Source: the human T2T-CHM13v2.0 reference genome, Homo sapiens | DNA: 64,000 nucleotides | Reading direction: 5' to 3' (one strand) | Assembly (NCBI RefSeq): GCF_009914755.1 | Contig: NC_060930.1 | In this document: one piece after another, positions 1-11,700 of the stretch | Numbering within the stretch: the first letter of the stretch is position 1 | How the letters are laid out: every line of letters starts with the position of its first letter | The notes under the pieces: model-generated | What the model was told of the DNA's origin: nothing | Database searches by the model: none | The model's input: only the letters and a program-made list of their open reading frames with translations | Translations under genes and position numbers: made by a program

Positions 1-29
1 GCAAGTGGATATTTGGACCTATTGGAGGC

Positions 30-46
30 CTTCTTTGGAAATGGGA
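30..46 (+). promoter_or_regulatory. Degenerate, probably non-binding CENP-B box
   Basis: CTTCTTTGGAAATGGGA: the first CpG is lost in all copies and the second is C/T polymorphic between copies. Confidence 0.75.
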
Positions 47-539
47 TTTCTTCATGTAACTCTAGATTGAAGAGTTCTCAGAAACTCCTTTGTGATGTGT
101 GCATTCAATTCAAAGAGTGAAACCTCCCTTTTCACAGAGCAGTTTTGAAACACTGTTTTTGTAGGATTTCCAAGGGGATATTTATAGCGCATTGAGCCTA
201 CGGCGGAAAAAGAAACATCTTCCTATAAAAACTAGACAGAATACTTCTCAGAATCTGCTTTGCGATGTGTGCGTTCAACTCACAGAGTAAAACTTTTCTT
301 TTGATAGAGCAGTTTTGAAACACTCTTTTTGTAGTATTTGCATGTGTATATTTAGAGCGCATTGAAGCCCACAGTAGAAAAGGAAATAACTTCACCTAAA
401 ACCTAGACAGAAGCAATCTCAGAAACTACTTTGTGATGTGTACATTCAACTCACAGAGTGGAACTTTCCTCTTTATAGAGCAGTGTTGAAACACTCTTTT
501 TGTAGAAACTGCAAGTGGATATTTGGACCTCTTTGAGGC

Positions 540-556
540 CTTCGTTGGAAACGGGA
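540..556 (+). promoter_or_regulatory. CENP-B box (HOR copy 1; recurs in every copy)
   Basis: CTTCGTTGGAAACGGGA, exact match to the 17-bp CENP-B box. Confidence 0.95.
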
Positions 557-879
557 TTTCTTCCTATAACCCTAGACAGAAGAATTTTCAGAAACCTCAT
601 TGTGATGTGTGCGTTCATCTCACAGAGTGGAGTCTTCCGTTTGATAGAGAAGTTTTGAAACCCTGTTCTTGTAGGATTTCCAAGTGGATATTTAGACCAC
701 TTTGAAGCCTATGATAGAAAAGGAAACATCTTCATGGAAAACATAGATAGAATCATTCTCAGAAACAACTTTGTGATGTGTGCGTTGAACTCACCGTCTT
801 TAACCTTTCTTTTGGTAGAGAAGTTTTGAAACACTCTCTTTGTAAAGTCTACAAGTGGATATTTTGAGCCCTTGGAGGC

Positions 880-896
880 ATTCTTTGGAAAAGGGA
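880..896 (+). promoter_or_regulatory. Degenerate, probably non-binding CENP-B box
   Basis: ATTCTTTGGAAAAGGGA at the B-box position, with both CpGs lost. Confidence 0.65.
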
Positions 897-1050
897 ATGT
901 CTTCACATAAAAGGCAGACGGAAGTGTTCTCAGAAACTGCTTTGTGATGTCTGTGTTCAACTCACAGAGTTTAACATTTCCTTTGATAGAGCGGTTTAGT
1001 AACCCTCTCTTTGTAGAATTTGGAAGTGTATACTAAGAGCGCTTTGAGGC

Positions 1051-1067
1051 CTATGGTAGAAAAGGAA
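1051..1067 (+). promoter_or_regulatory. pJ-alpha-type A-box (example; A-type monomers carry this in place of the CENP-B box)
   Basis: CTATGGTAGAAAAGGAA at the position homologous to the CENP-B box. Confidence 0.7.
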
Positions 1068-1221
1068 ATATCTTTCCATAAAAGCTAGACAGAAGCAATC
1101 TCAGAAACTCCTTTGTGATGTCTGCATTCAACTCACCGAGTGGAACATTCCTCTTGATAGAGCAGTTTGGAAACACTCTTTCTGTAGAATCAGCTTGTTT
1201 GTATTTGGACCTCCTTGAGGC

Positions 1222-1238
1222 CTTCGTTGGAAACGGGT
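1222..1238 (+). promoter_or_regulatory. CENP-B box (terminal A>T, core intact)
   Basis: CTTCGTTGGAAACGGGT keeps the NTTCGNNNNANNCGGGN core. Confidence 0.9.
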
Positions 1239-1560
1239 TTTCATCTTATAAACCCAGACAGAAGAATTCTCAGAGTCTTCTTTGTGATGTGTGCTTTCAA
1301 CTCACCGAGATAAAGATTTCTCTTGATAGAGCAATTTGGAAACACTCTTTTTGTAGAATTTGCAAGGGTACATTGAGAGCGCTTTCAGGCCTATGGTAGA
1401 AAGGGAATATCTTTCCATAAAAGGTAGACAGAAGCAATCTCAGAAACTACTTTGTGATGTGTGCATTCAACTCACCGAGTGCAACGTTCCTCTTGACCGA
1501 GCAGTTTGGAAACATTGTTTCTGTAGAATCTGCAAGTGGATATTTGGACCTCTTTGAGGC

Positions 1561-1577
1561 CTTCGTTGGAAACGGGA
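1561..1577 (+). promoter_or_regulatory. CENP-B box
   Basis: CTTCGTTGGAAACGGGA. Confidence 0.95.
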
Positions 1578-1649
1578 TTTCTTCCTATAAACCCAGACAG
1601 AAGAATTCTCAGAGACTTCTTTGTGATGTGTGAATTCAACTCACAGTGT

Positions 1650-1655
1650 GGATCC
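1650..1655. other. BamHI site, one per HOR
   Basis: GGATCC seen once per unit in CAGTGTGGATCCTTCC; lost in copy 7. Confidence 0.85.
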
Positions 1656-1900
1656 TTCCTTTTGATAGAGCAGTTTTGAAACCCTGTTTTTGTAGTATTT
1701 CCAAGCGGATATTTGGAACGCCTTGAAGCGTATGGTAGAAAAGGAAATATCTTCCCATAAAACCTAGACAGAACCAATCTCAGAAACGACTTTGTGATGT
1801 CTGCATTCAAGTCACAGAGTTGAACATTTCTCTTGATAGAGCAGTTTTGAAACCCTCTTTCTGAAGGATCTGCAAGTGGATATTTGGAACTCCTTTGGGT

Positions 1901-1917
1901 CTTCGTTGGAAACGGGA
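1901..1917 (+). promoter_or_regulatory. CENP-B box (retained just upstream of the 15-mer junction)
   Basis: CTTCGTTGGAAACGGGA. Confidence 0.95.
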
Positions 1918-2237
1918 TTTCTTCGTATAAATCTAGACAGAAGAATTCTCCGAAACTTCTTTGGTTGTGTGCATTCAAGTCACAGAGTGGAACCTTCCTT
2001 TGGATAGAGCAGTTTGAAACGCCGTGGTTGTAGTATTTCCAAGCGGATATTAGAGCGCCTTGAGGCCTATGGTAGAAAAGGAAATATCTTCCCATAAAAC
2101 CTAGACGGAAGCAATCTCAGAAACTACTGTGTGATGGCTGCATTCCACACACACGGTGGAACATTTCTCTTGATAGAGCAGTTTTGAAACACTCTTTCTG
2201 TAGAATCTGCAAGTGGATAATTGGACCGCCTTGAGGC

Positions 2238-2254
2238 CTTCGTTGGAAACGGGA
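2238..2254 (+). promoter_or_regulatory. CENP-B box (absent from the 15-mer variant)
   Basis: CTTCGTTGGAAACGGGA. Confidence 0.95.
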
Positions 2255-2406
2255 TTTCTTCATGTTACTCTAGATAGAAGAATTCTCAAACACTGCTATG
2301 TGATGTTTGCATTCAAGTCACAGAGTGCAACATTCCTCTTGGTAGAGCAGTTGGGAAACACTCCTTTTGTAGAATCTGCAATGGGATATTTGGACTTCTT
2401 TGAGGC

Positions 2407-2423
2407 CTTCGTTGGAAACGGGA
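2407..2423 (+). promoter_or_regulatory. CENP-B box (169 bp after the previous one; absent from the 15-mer variant)
   Basis: CTTCGTTGGAAACGGGA. Confidence 0.95.
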
Positions 2424-2746
2424 TTTCTTCGTATGAATCTAGACAGAAGAATTCTCAGAAACTTCCTTGTGATGTGTGCATTCAACTCAGCGAGTGGCAC
2501 CTTCCTTTGGATACAGCAGTTTTGAAACACTGTTTTTGTAGTATTTCCAAGCGGATATTTAGAGCGCCTTGAAGCCTATGCTAGAAATGGAAATATCTCC
2601 CCATAAAACCAAGACAGAAGCAATCTCAGAAACTAATGTGTGATGGCTGCATTCCACACACACGGTGGACCATTTCTCTTGATAGAGCAGTTTTGAAACA
2701 CTCTTTCTGTAGAATCTGCAAGTGGATAATTGGACCTCCTAGAGGC

Positions 2747-2763
2747 CTTCGTTGGAAACGGGA
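2747..2763 (+). promoter_or_regulatory. CENP-B box
   Basis: CTTCGTTGGAAACGGGA. Confidence 0.95.
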
Positions 2764-5700
2764 TTTCTTCATCTAAACCTACAGAGAAGAATTCTCAGTA
2801 ACTTCTTCGGATGTGTGCATTCGACGCACAGAATGGAACATTCCCTTTGATAGAGCAGTTTTGAGACACCGTTTTTGTAGAATTCCCAAGTGGATATTTA
2901 GAGCACTTTGAAGTCTCTGCTAGAAAAGGAAACATCTTCATGTAAAAAGTAGATAGAATCGTTCTCAGAAAGTGCTTAGTGACGTGTGCGTTCAACTCAC
3001 AGAGTTTAACGTTTCTTTTGATAGAGCGTTTCTGAAACACCCTTCTTGTAGTAGCTGCAAGTGGATATTTGGACCTATTGGAGGCCTTCTTTGGAAATGG
3101 GATTTCTTCATGTAACTCTAGATTGAAGAGTTCTCAGAAACTCCTTTGTGATGTGTGCATTCAATTCAAAGAGTGAAACCTCCCTTTTCACAGAGCAGTT
3201 TTGAAACACTGTTTTTGTAGGATTTCCAAGGGGATATTTATAGCGCATTGAGCCTACGGCGGAAAAAGAAACATCTTCCTATAAAAACTAGACAGAATAC
3301 TTCTCAGAATCTGCTTTGCGATGTGTGCGTTCAACTCACAGAGTAAAACTTTTCTTTTGATAGAGCAGTTTTGAAACACTCTTTTTGTAGTATTTGCATG
3401 TGTATATTTAGAGCGCATTGAAGCCCACAGTAGAAAAGGAAATAACTTCACCTAAAACCTAGACAGAAGCAATCTCAGAAACTACTTTGTGATGTGTACA
3501 TTCAACTCACAGAGTGGAACTTTCCTCTTTATAGAGCAGTGTTGAAACACTCTTTTTGTAGAAACTGCAAGTGGATATTTGGACCTCTTTGAGGCCTTCG
3601 TTGGAAACGGGATTTCTTCCTATAACCCTAGACAGAAGAATTTTCAGAAACCTCATTGTGATGTGTGCGTTCATCTCACAGAGTGGAGTCTTCCGTTTGA
3701 TAGAGAAGTTTTGAAACCCTGTTCTTGTAGGATTTCCAAGTGGATATTTAGACCACTTTGAAGCCTATGATAGAAAAGGAAACATCTTCATGGAAAACAT
3801 AGATAGAATCATTCTCAGAAACAACTTTGTGATGTGTGCGTTGAACTCACCGTCTTTAACCTTTCTTTTGGTAGAGAAGTTTTGAAACACTCTCTTTGTA
3901 AAGTCTACAAGTGGATATTTTGAGCCCTTGGAGGCATTCTTTGGAAAAGGGAATGTCTTCACATAAAAGGCAGACGGAAGTGTTCTCAGAAACTGCTTTG
4001 TGATGTCTGTGTTCAACTCACAGAGTTTAACATTTCCTTTGATAGAGCGGTTTAGTAACCCTCTCTTTGTAGAATTTGGAAGTGTATACTAAGAGCGCTT
4101 TGAGGCCTATGGTAGAAAAGGAAATATCTTTCCATAAAAGCTAGACAGAAGCAATCTCAGAAACTCCTTTGTGATGTCTGCATTCAACTCACCGAGTGGA
4201 ACATTCCTCTTGATAGAGCAGTTTGGAAACACTCTTTCTGTAGAATCAGCTTGTTTGTATTTGGACCTCCTTGAGGCCTTCGTTGGAAACGGGTTTTCAT
4301 CTTATAAACCCAGACAGAAGAATTCTCAGAGTCTTCTTTGTGATGTGTGCTTTCAACTCACCGAGATAAAGATTTCTCTTGATAGAGCAATTTGGAAACA
4401 CTCTTTTTGTAGAATTTGCAAGGGTACATTGAGAGCGCTTTCAGGCCTATGGTAGAAAAGGGAATATCTTTCCATAAAAGGTAGACAGAAGCAATCTCAG
4501 AAACTACTTTGTGATGTGTGCATTCAACTCACCGAGTGCAACGTTCCTCTTGACCGAGCAGTTTGGAAACATTGTTTCTGTAGAATCTGCAAGTGGATAT
4601 TTGGACCTCTTTGAGGCCTTCGTTGGAAACGGGATTTCTTCCTATAAACCCAGACAGAAGAATTCTCAGAGACTTCTTTGTGATGTGTGAATTCAACTCA
4701 CAGTGTGGATCCTTCCTTTTGATAGAGCAGTTTTGAAACCCTGTTTTTGTAGTATTTCCAAGCGGATATTTGGAACGCCTTGAAGCGTATGGTAGAAAAG
4801 GAAATATCTTCCCATAAAACCTAGACAGAACCAATCTCAGAAACGACTTTGTGATGTCTGCATTCAAGTCACAGAGTTGAACATTTCTCTTGATAGAGCA
4901 GTTTTGAAACCCTCTTTCTGAAGGATCTGCAAGTGGATATTTGGAACTCCTTTGGGTCTTCGTTGGAAACGGGATTTCTTCGTATAAATCTAGACAGAAG
5001 AATTCTCCGAAACTTCTTTGGTTGTGTGCATTCAAGTCACAGAGTGGAACCTTCCTTTGGATAGAGCAGTTTGAAACGCCGTGGTTGTAGTATTTCCAAG
5101 CGGATATTAGAGCGCCTTGAGGCCTATGGTAGAAAAGGAAATATCTTCCCATAAAACCTAGACGGAAGCAATCTCAGAAACTACTGTGTGATGGCTGCAT
5201 TCCACACACACGGTGGAACATTTCTCTTGATAGAGCAGTTTTGAAACACTCTTTCTGTAGAATCTGCAAGTGGATAATTGGACCGCCTTGAGGCCTTCGT
5301 TGGAAACGGGATTTCTTCATGTTACTCTAGATAGAAGAATTCTCAAACACTGCTATGTGATGTTTGCATTCAAGTCACAGAGTGCAACATTCCTCTTGGT
5401 AGAGCAGTTGGGAAACACTCCTTTTGTAGAATCTGCAATGGGATATTTGGACTTCTTTGAGGCCTTCGTTGGAAACGGGATTTCTTCGTATGAATCTAGA
5501 CAGAAGAATTCTCAGAAACTTCCTTGTGATGTGTGCATTCAACTCAGCGAGTGGCACCTTCCTTTGGATACAGCAGTTTTGAAACACTGTTTTTGCAGTA
5601 TTTCCAAGCGGATATTTAGAGCGCCTTGAAGCCTATGCTAGAAATGGAAATATCTCCCCATAAAACCAAGACAGAAGCAATGTCAGAAACTAATGTGTGA

Positions 5701-8700
5701 TGGCTGCATTCCACACACACGGTGGACCATTTCTCTTGATAGAGCAGTTTTGAAACACTCTTTCTGTAGAATCTGCAAGTGGATAATTGGACCTCCTAGA
5801 GGCCTTCGTTGGAAACGGGATTTCTTCATCTAAACCTACAGAGAAGAATTCTCAGTAACTTCTTCGGATGTGTGCATTCGACTCACAGAATGGAACATTC
5901 CCTTTGATAGAGCAGTTTTGAGACACCGTTTTTGTAGAATTCCCAAGTGGATATTTAGAGCACTTTGAAGTCTCTGCTAGAAAAGGAAACATCTTCATGT
6001 AAAAAGTAGATAGAATCGTTCTCAGAAAGTGCTTAGTGACGTGTGCGTTCAACTCACAGAGTTTAACGTTTCTTTTGATAGAGCGTTTCTGAAACACCCT
6101 TCTTGTAGTAGCTGCAAGTGGATATTTGGACCTATTGGAGGCCTTCTTTGGAAACGGGATTTCTTCATGTAACTCTAGATTGAAGAATTCTCAGAAACTC
6201 CTTTGTGATGTGTGCATTCAATTCAAAGAGTGAAACCTCCCTTTTCACAGAGCAGTTTTGAAACACTGTTTTTGTAGGATTTCCAAGGGGATATTTATAG
6301 CGCATTGAGCCTACGGCGGAAAAAGAAACATCTTCCTATAAAAACTAGACAGAATACTTCTCAGAATCTGCTTTGCGATGTGTGCGTTCAACTCACAGAG
6401 TAAAACTTTTCTTTTGATAGAGCAGTTTTGAAACACTCTTTTTGTAGTATTTGCATGTGTATATTTAGAGCGCATTGAAGCCCACAGTAGAAAAGGAAAT
6501 AACTTCACCTAAAACCTAGACAGAAGCAATCTCAGAAACTACTTTGTGATGTGTACATTCAACTCACAGAGTGGAACTTTCCTCTTTATAGAGCAGTGTT
6601 GAAACACTCTTTTTGTAGAAACTGCAAGTGGATATTTGGACCTCTTTGAGGCCTTCGTTGGAAACGGGATTTCTTCCTATAACCCTAGACAGAAGAATTT
6701 TCAGAAACCTCATTGTGATGTGTGCGTTCATCTCACAGAGTGGAGTCTTCCGTTTGATAGAGAAGTTTTGAAACCCTGTTCTTGTAGGATTTCCAAGTGG
6801 ATATTTAGACCACTTTGAAGCCTATGATAGAAAAGGAAACATCTTCATGGAAAACATAGATAGAATCATTCTCAGAAACAACTTTGTGATGTGTGCGTTG
6901 AACTCACCGTCTTTAACCTTTCTTTTGGTAGAGAAGTTTTGAAACACTCTCTTTGTAAAGTCTACAAGTGGATATTTTGAGCCCTTGGAGGCATTCTTTG
7001 GAAAAGGGAATGTCTTCACATAAAAGGCAGACGGAAGTGTTCTCAGAAACTGCTTTGTGATGTCTGTGTTCAACTCACAGAGTTTAACATTTCCTTTGAT
7101 AGAGCGGTTTAGTAACCCTCTCTTTGTAGAATTTGGAAGTGTATACTAAGAGCGCTTTGAGGCCTATGGTAGAAAAGGAAATATCTTTCCATAAAAGCTA
7201 GACAGAAGCAATCTCAGAAACTCCTTTGTGATGTCTGCATTCAACTCACCGAGTGGAACATTCCTCTTGATAGAGCAGTTTGGAAACACTCTTTCTGTAG
7301 AATCAGCTTGTTTGTATTTGGACCTCCTTGAGGCCTTCATTGGAAACGGGTTTTCATCTTATAAACCCAGACAGAAGAATTCTCAGAGTCTTCTTTGTGA
7401 TGTGTGCTTTCAACTCACCGAGATAAAGATTTCTCTTGATAGAGCAATTTGGAAACACTCTTTTTGTAGAATTTGCAAGGGTACATTGAGAGCGCTTTCA
7501 GGCCTATGGTAGAAAAGGGAATATCTTTCCATAAAAGGTAGACAGAAGCAATCTCAGAAACTACTTTGTGATGTGTGCATTCAACTCACCGAGTGCAACG
7601 TTCCTCTTGACCGAGCAGTTTGGAAACATTGTTTCTGTAGAATCTGCAAGTGGATATTTGGACCTCTTTGAGGCCTTCGTTGGAAACGGGATTTCTTCCT
7701 ATAAACCCAGACAGAAGAATTCTCAGAGACTTCTTTGTGATGTGTGAATTCAACTCACAGTGTGGATCCTTCCTTTTGATAGAGCAGTTTTGAAACCCTG
7801 TTTTTGTAGTATTTCCAAGCGGATATTTGGAACGCCTTGAAGCGTATGGTAGAAAAGGAAATATCTTCCCATAAAACCTAGACAGAACCAATCTCAGAAA
7901 CGACTTTGTGATGTCTGCATTCAAGTCACAGAGTTGAACATTTCTCTTGATAGAGCAGTTTTGAAACCCTCTTTCTGAAGGATCTGCAAGTGGATATTTG
8001 GAACTCCTTTGGGTCTTCGTTGGAAACGGGATTTCTTCGTATAAATCTAGACAGAAGAATTCTCCGAAACTTCTTTGGTTGTGTGCATTCAAGTCACAGA
8101 GTGGAACCTTCCTTTGGATAGAGCAGTTTGAAACGCCGTGGTTGTAGTATTTCCAAGCGGATATTAGAGCGCCTTGAGGCCTATGGTAGAAAAGGAAATA
8201 TCTTCCCATAAAACCTAGACGGAAGCAATCTCAGAAACTACTGTGTGATGGCTGCATTCCACACACACGGTGGAACATTTCTCTTGATAGAGCAGTTTTG
8301 AAACACTCTTTCTGTAGAATCTGCAAGTGGATAATTGGACCGCCTTGAGGCCTTCGTTGGAAACGGGATTTCTTCATGTTACTCTAGATAGAAGAATTCT
8401 CAAACACTGCTATGTGATGTTTGCATTCAAGTCACAGAGTGCAACATTCCTCTTGGTAGAGCAGTTGGGAAACACTCCTTTTGTAGAATCTGCAATGGGA
8501 TATTTGGACTTCTTTGAGGCCTTCGTTGGAAACGGGATTTCTTCGTGTGAATCTAGACAGAAGAATTCTCAGAAACTTCCTTGTGATGTGTGCATTCAAC
8601 TCAGCGAGTGGCACCTTCCTTTGGATACAGCAGTTTTGAAACACTGTTTTTGCAGTATTTCCAAGCGGATATTTAGAGCGCCTTGAAGCCTATGCTAGAA

Positions 8701-11700
8701 ATGGAAATATCTCCCCATAAAACCAAGACAGAAGCAATCTCAGAAACTAATGTGTGATGGCTGCATTCCACACACACGGTGGACCATTTCTCTTGATAGA
8801 GCAGTTTTGAAACACTCTTTCTGTAGAATCTGCAAGTGGATAATTGGACCTCCTAGAGGCCTTCGTTGGAAACGGGATTTCTTCATCTAAACCTACAGAG
8901 AAGAATTCTCAGTAACTTCTTCGGATGTGTGCATTCGACTCACAGAATGGAACATTCCCTTTGATAGAGCAGTTTTGAGACACCGTTTTTGTAGAATTCC
9001 CAAGTGGATATTTAGAGCACTTTGAAGTCTCTGCTAGAAAAGGAAACATCTTCATGTAAAAAGTAGATAGAATCGTTCTCAGAAAGTGCTTAGTGACGTG
9101 TGCGTTCAACTCACAGAGTTTAACGTTTCTTTTGATAGAGCGTTTCTGAAACACCCTTCTTGTAGTAGCTGCAAGTGGATATTTGGACCTATTGGAGGCC
9201 TTCTTTGGAAACGGGATTTCTTCATGTAACTCTAGATTGAAGAATTCTCAGAAACTCCTTTGTGATGTGTGCATTCAATTCAAAGAGTGAAACCTCCCTT
9301 TTCACAGAGCAGTTTTGAAACACTGTTTTTGTAGGATTTCCAAGGGGATATTTATAGCGCATTGAGCCTACGGCGGAAAAAGAAACATCTTCCTATAAAA
9401 ACTAGACAGAATACTTCTCAGAATCTGCTTTGTGATGTGTGCGTTCAACTCACAGAGTAAAACCTTTCTTTTGATAGAGCAGTTTTGAAACACTCTTTTT
9501 GTAGTATTTGCATGTGTATATTTAGAGCGCATTGAAGCCCACAGTAGAAAAGGAAATAACTTCACCTAAAACCTAGACAGAAGCAATCTCAGAAACTACT
9601 TTGTGATGTGTACATTCAACTCACAGAGTGGAACTTTCCTCTTTATAGAGCAGTGTTGAAACACTCTTTTTGTAGAAACTGCAAGTGGATATTTGGACCT
9701 CTTTGAGGCCTTCGTTGGAAACGGGATTTCTTCCTATAACCCTAGACAGAAGAATTTTCAGAAACCTCATTGTGATGTGTGCGTTCATCTCACAGAGTGG
9801 AGTCTTCCGTTTGATAGAGAAGTTTTGAAACCCTGTTCTTGTAGGATTTCCAAGTGGATATTTAGACCACTTTGAAGCCTATGATAGAAAAGGAAACATC
9901 TTCATGGAAAACATAGATAGAATCATTCTCAGAAACAACTTTGTGATGTGTGCGTTGAACTCACCGTCTTTAACCTTTCTTTTGGTAGAGAAGTTTTGAA
10001 ACACTCTCTTTGTAAAGTCTACAAGTGGATATTTTGAGCCCTTGGAGGCATTCTTTGGAAAAGGGAATGTCTTCACATAAAAGGCAGACAGAAGTGTTCT
10101 CAGAAACTGCTTTGTGATGTCTGTGTTCAACTCACATTTAACATTTCCTTTGATAGAGCGGTTTAGTAACCCTCTCTTTGTAGAATTTGGAAGTGTATAC
10201 TAAGAGCGCTTTGAGGCCTATGGTAGAAAAGGAAATATCTTTCCATAAAAGCTAGACAGAAGCAATCTCAGAAACTCCTTTGTGATGTCTGCATTCAACT
10301 CACCGAGTGGAACATTCCTCTTGATAGAGCAGTTTGGAAACACTCTTTCTGTAGAATCAGCTTGTTTGTATTTGGACCTCCTTGAGGCCTTCGTTGGAAA
10401 CGGGTTTTCATCTTATAAACCCAGACAGAAGAATTCTCAGAGTCTTCTTTGTGATGTGTGCTTTCAACTCACCGAGATAAAGATTTCTCTTGATAGAGCA
10501 ATTTGGAAACACTCTTTTTGTAGAATTTGCAAGGGTACATTGAGAGCGCTTTCAGGCCTATGGTAGAAAAGGGAATATCTTTCCATAAAAGGTAGACAGA
10601 AGCAATCTCAGAAACTACTTTGTGATGTGTGCATTCAACTCACCGAGTGCAACGTTCCTCTTGACCGAGCAGTTTGGAAACATTGTTTCTGTAGAATCTG
10701 CAAGTGGATATTTGGACCTCTTTGAGGCCTTCGTTGGAAACGGGATTTCTTCCTATAAACCCAGACAGAAGAATTCTCAGAGACTTCTTTGTGATGTGTG
10801 AATTCAACTCACAGTGTGGATCCTTCCTTTTGATAGAGCAGTTTTGAAACCCTGTTTTTGTAGTATTTCCAAGCGGATATTTGGAACGCCTTGAAGCGTA
10901 TGGTAGAAAAGGAAATATCTTCCCATAAAACCTAGACAGAACCAATCTCAGAAACGACTTTGTGATGTCTGCATTCAAGTCACAGAGTTGAACATTTCTC
11001 TTGATAGAGCAGTTTTGAAACCCTCTTTCTGAAGGATCTGCAAGTGGATATTTGGAACTCCTTTGGGTCTTCGTTGGAAACGGGATTTCTTCGTATAAAT
11101 CTAGACAGAAGAATTCTCCGAAACTTCTTTGGTTGTGTGCATTCAAGTCACAGAGTGGAACCTTCCTTTGGATAGAGCAGTTTGAAACGCCGTGGTTGTA
11201 GTATTTCCAAGCGGATATTAGAGCGCCTTGAGGCCTATGGTAGAAAAGGAAATATCTTCCCATAAAACCTAGACGGAAGCAATCTCAGAAACTACTGTGT
11301 GATGGCTGCATTCCACACACACGGTGGAACATTTCTCTTGATAGAGCAGTTTTGAAACACTCTTTCTGTAGAATCTGCAAGTGGATAATTGGACCGCCTT
11401 GAGGCCTTCGTTGGAAACGGGATTTCTTCATGTTACTCTAGATAGAAGAATTCACAAACACTGCTATGTGATGTTTGCATTCAAGTCACAGAGTGCAACA
11501 TTCCTCTTGGTAGAGCAGTTGGGAAACACTCCTTTTGTAGAATCTGCAATGGGATATTTGGACTTCTTTGAGGCCTTCGTTGGAAACGGGATTTCTTCGT
11601 GTGAATCTAGACAGAAGAATTCTCAGAAACTTCCTTGTGATGTGTGCATTCAACTCAGCGAGTGGCACCTTCCTTTGGATACAGCAGTTTTGAAACACTG

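Noticed and set aside
1395-1410. 1-bp deletion in an A run in copy 1, creating a unique ORF at 1360-1557
   Set aside because: A homopolymer slip or sequencing error; the new ORF is a trivial frameshift product.
2145-2155. Short CACACACAC run
   Set aside because: It is a substitution variant of CAACTCAC within the monomer and its length does not vary between copies, so it is not an active microsatellite. It is used only as a duplication marker.
540-2763. Regularly spaced 17-bp direct repeats resembling a CRISPR array
   Set aside because: These are CENP-B boxes. The intervening sequences are homologous satellite monomers rather than unique spacers, and there are no cas genes.
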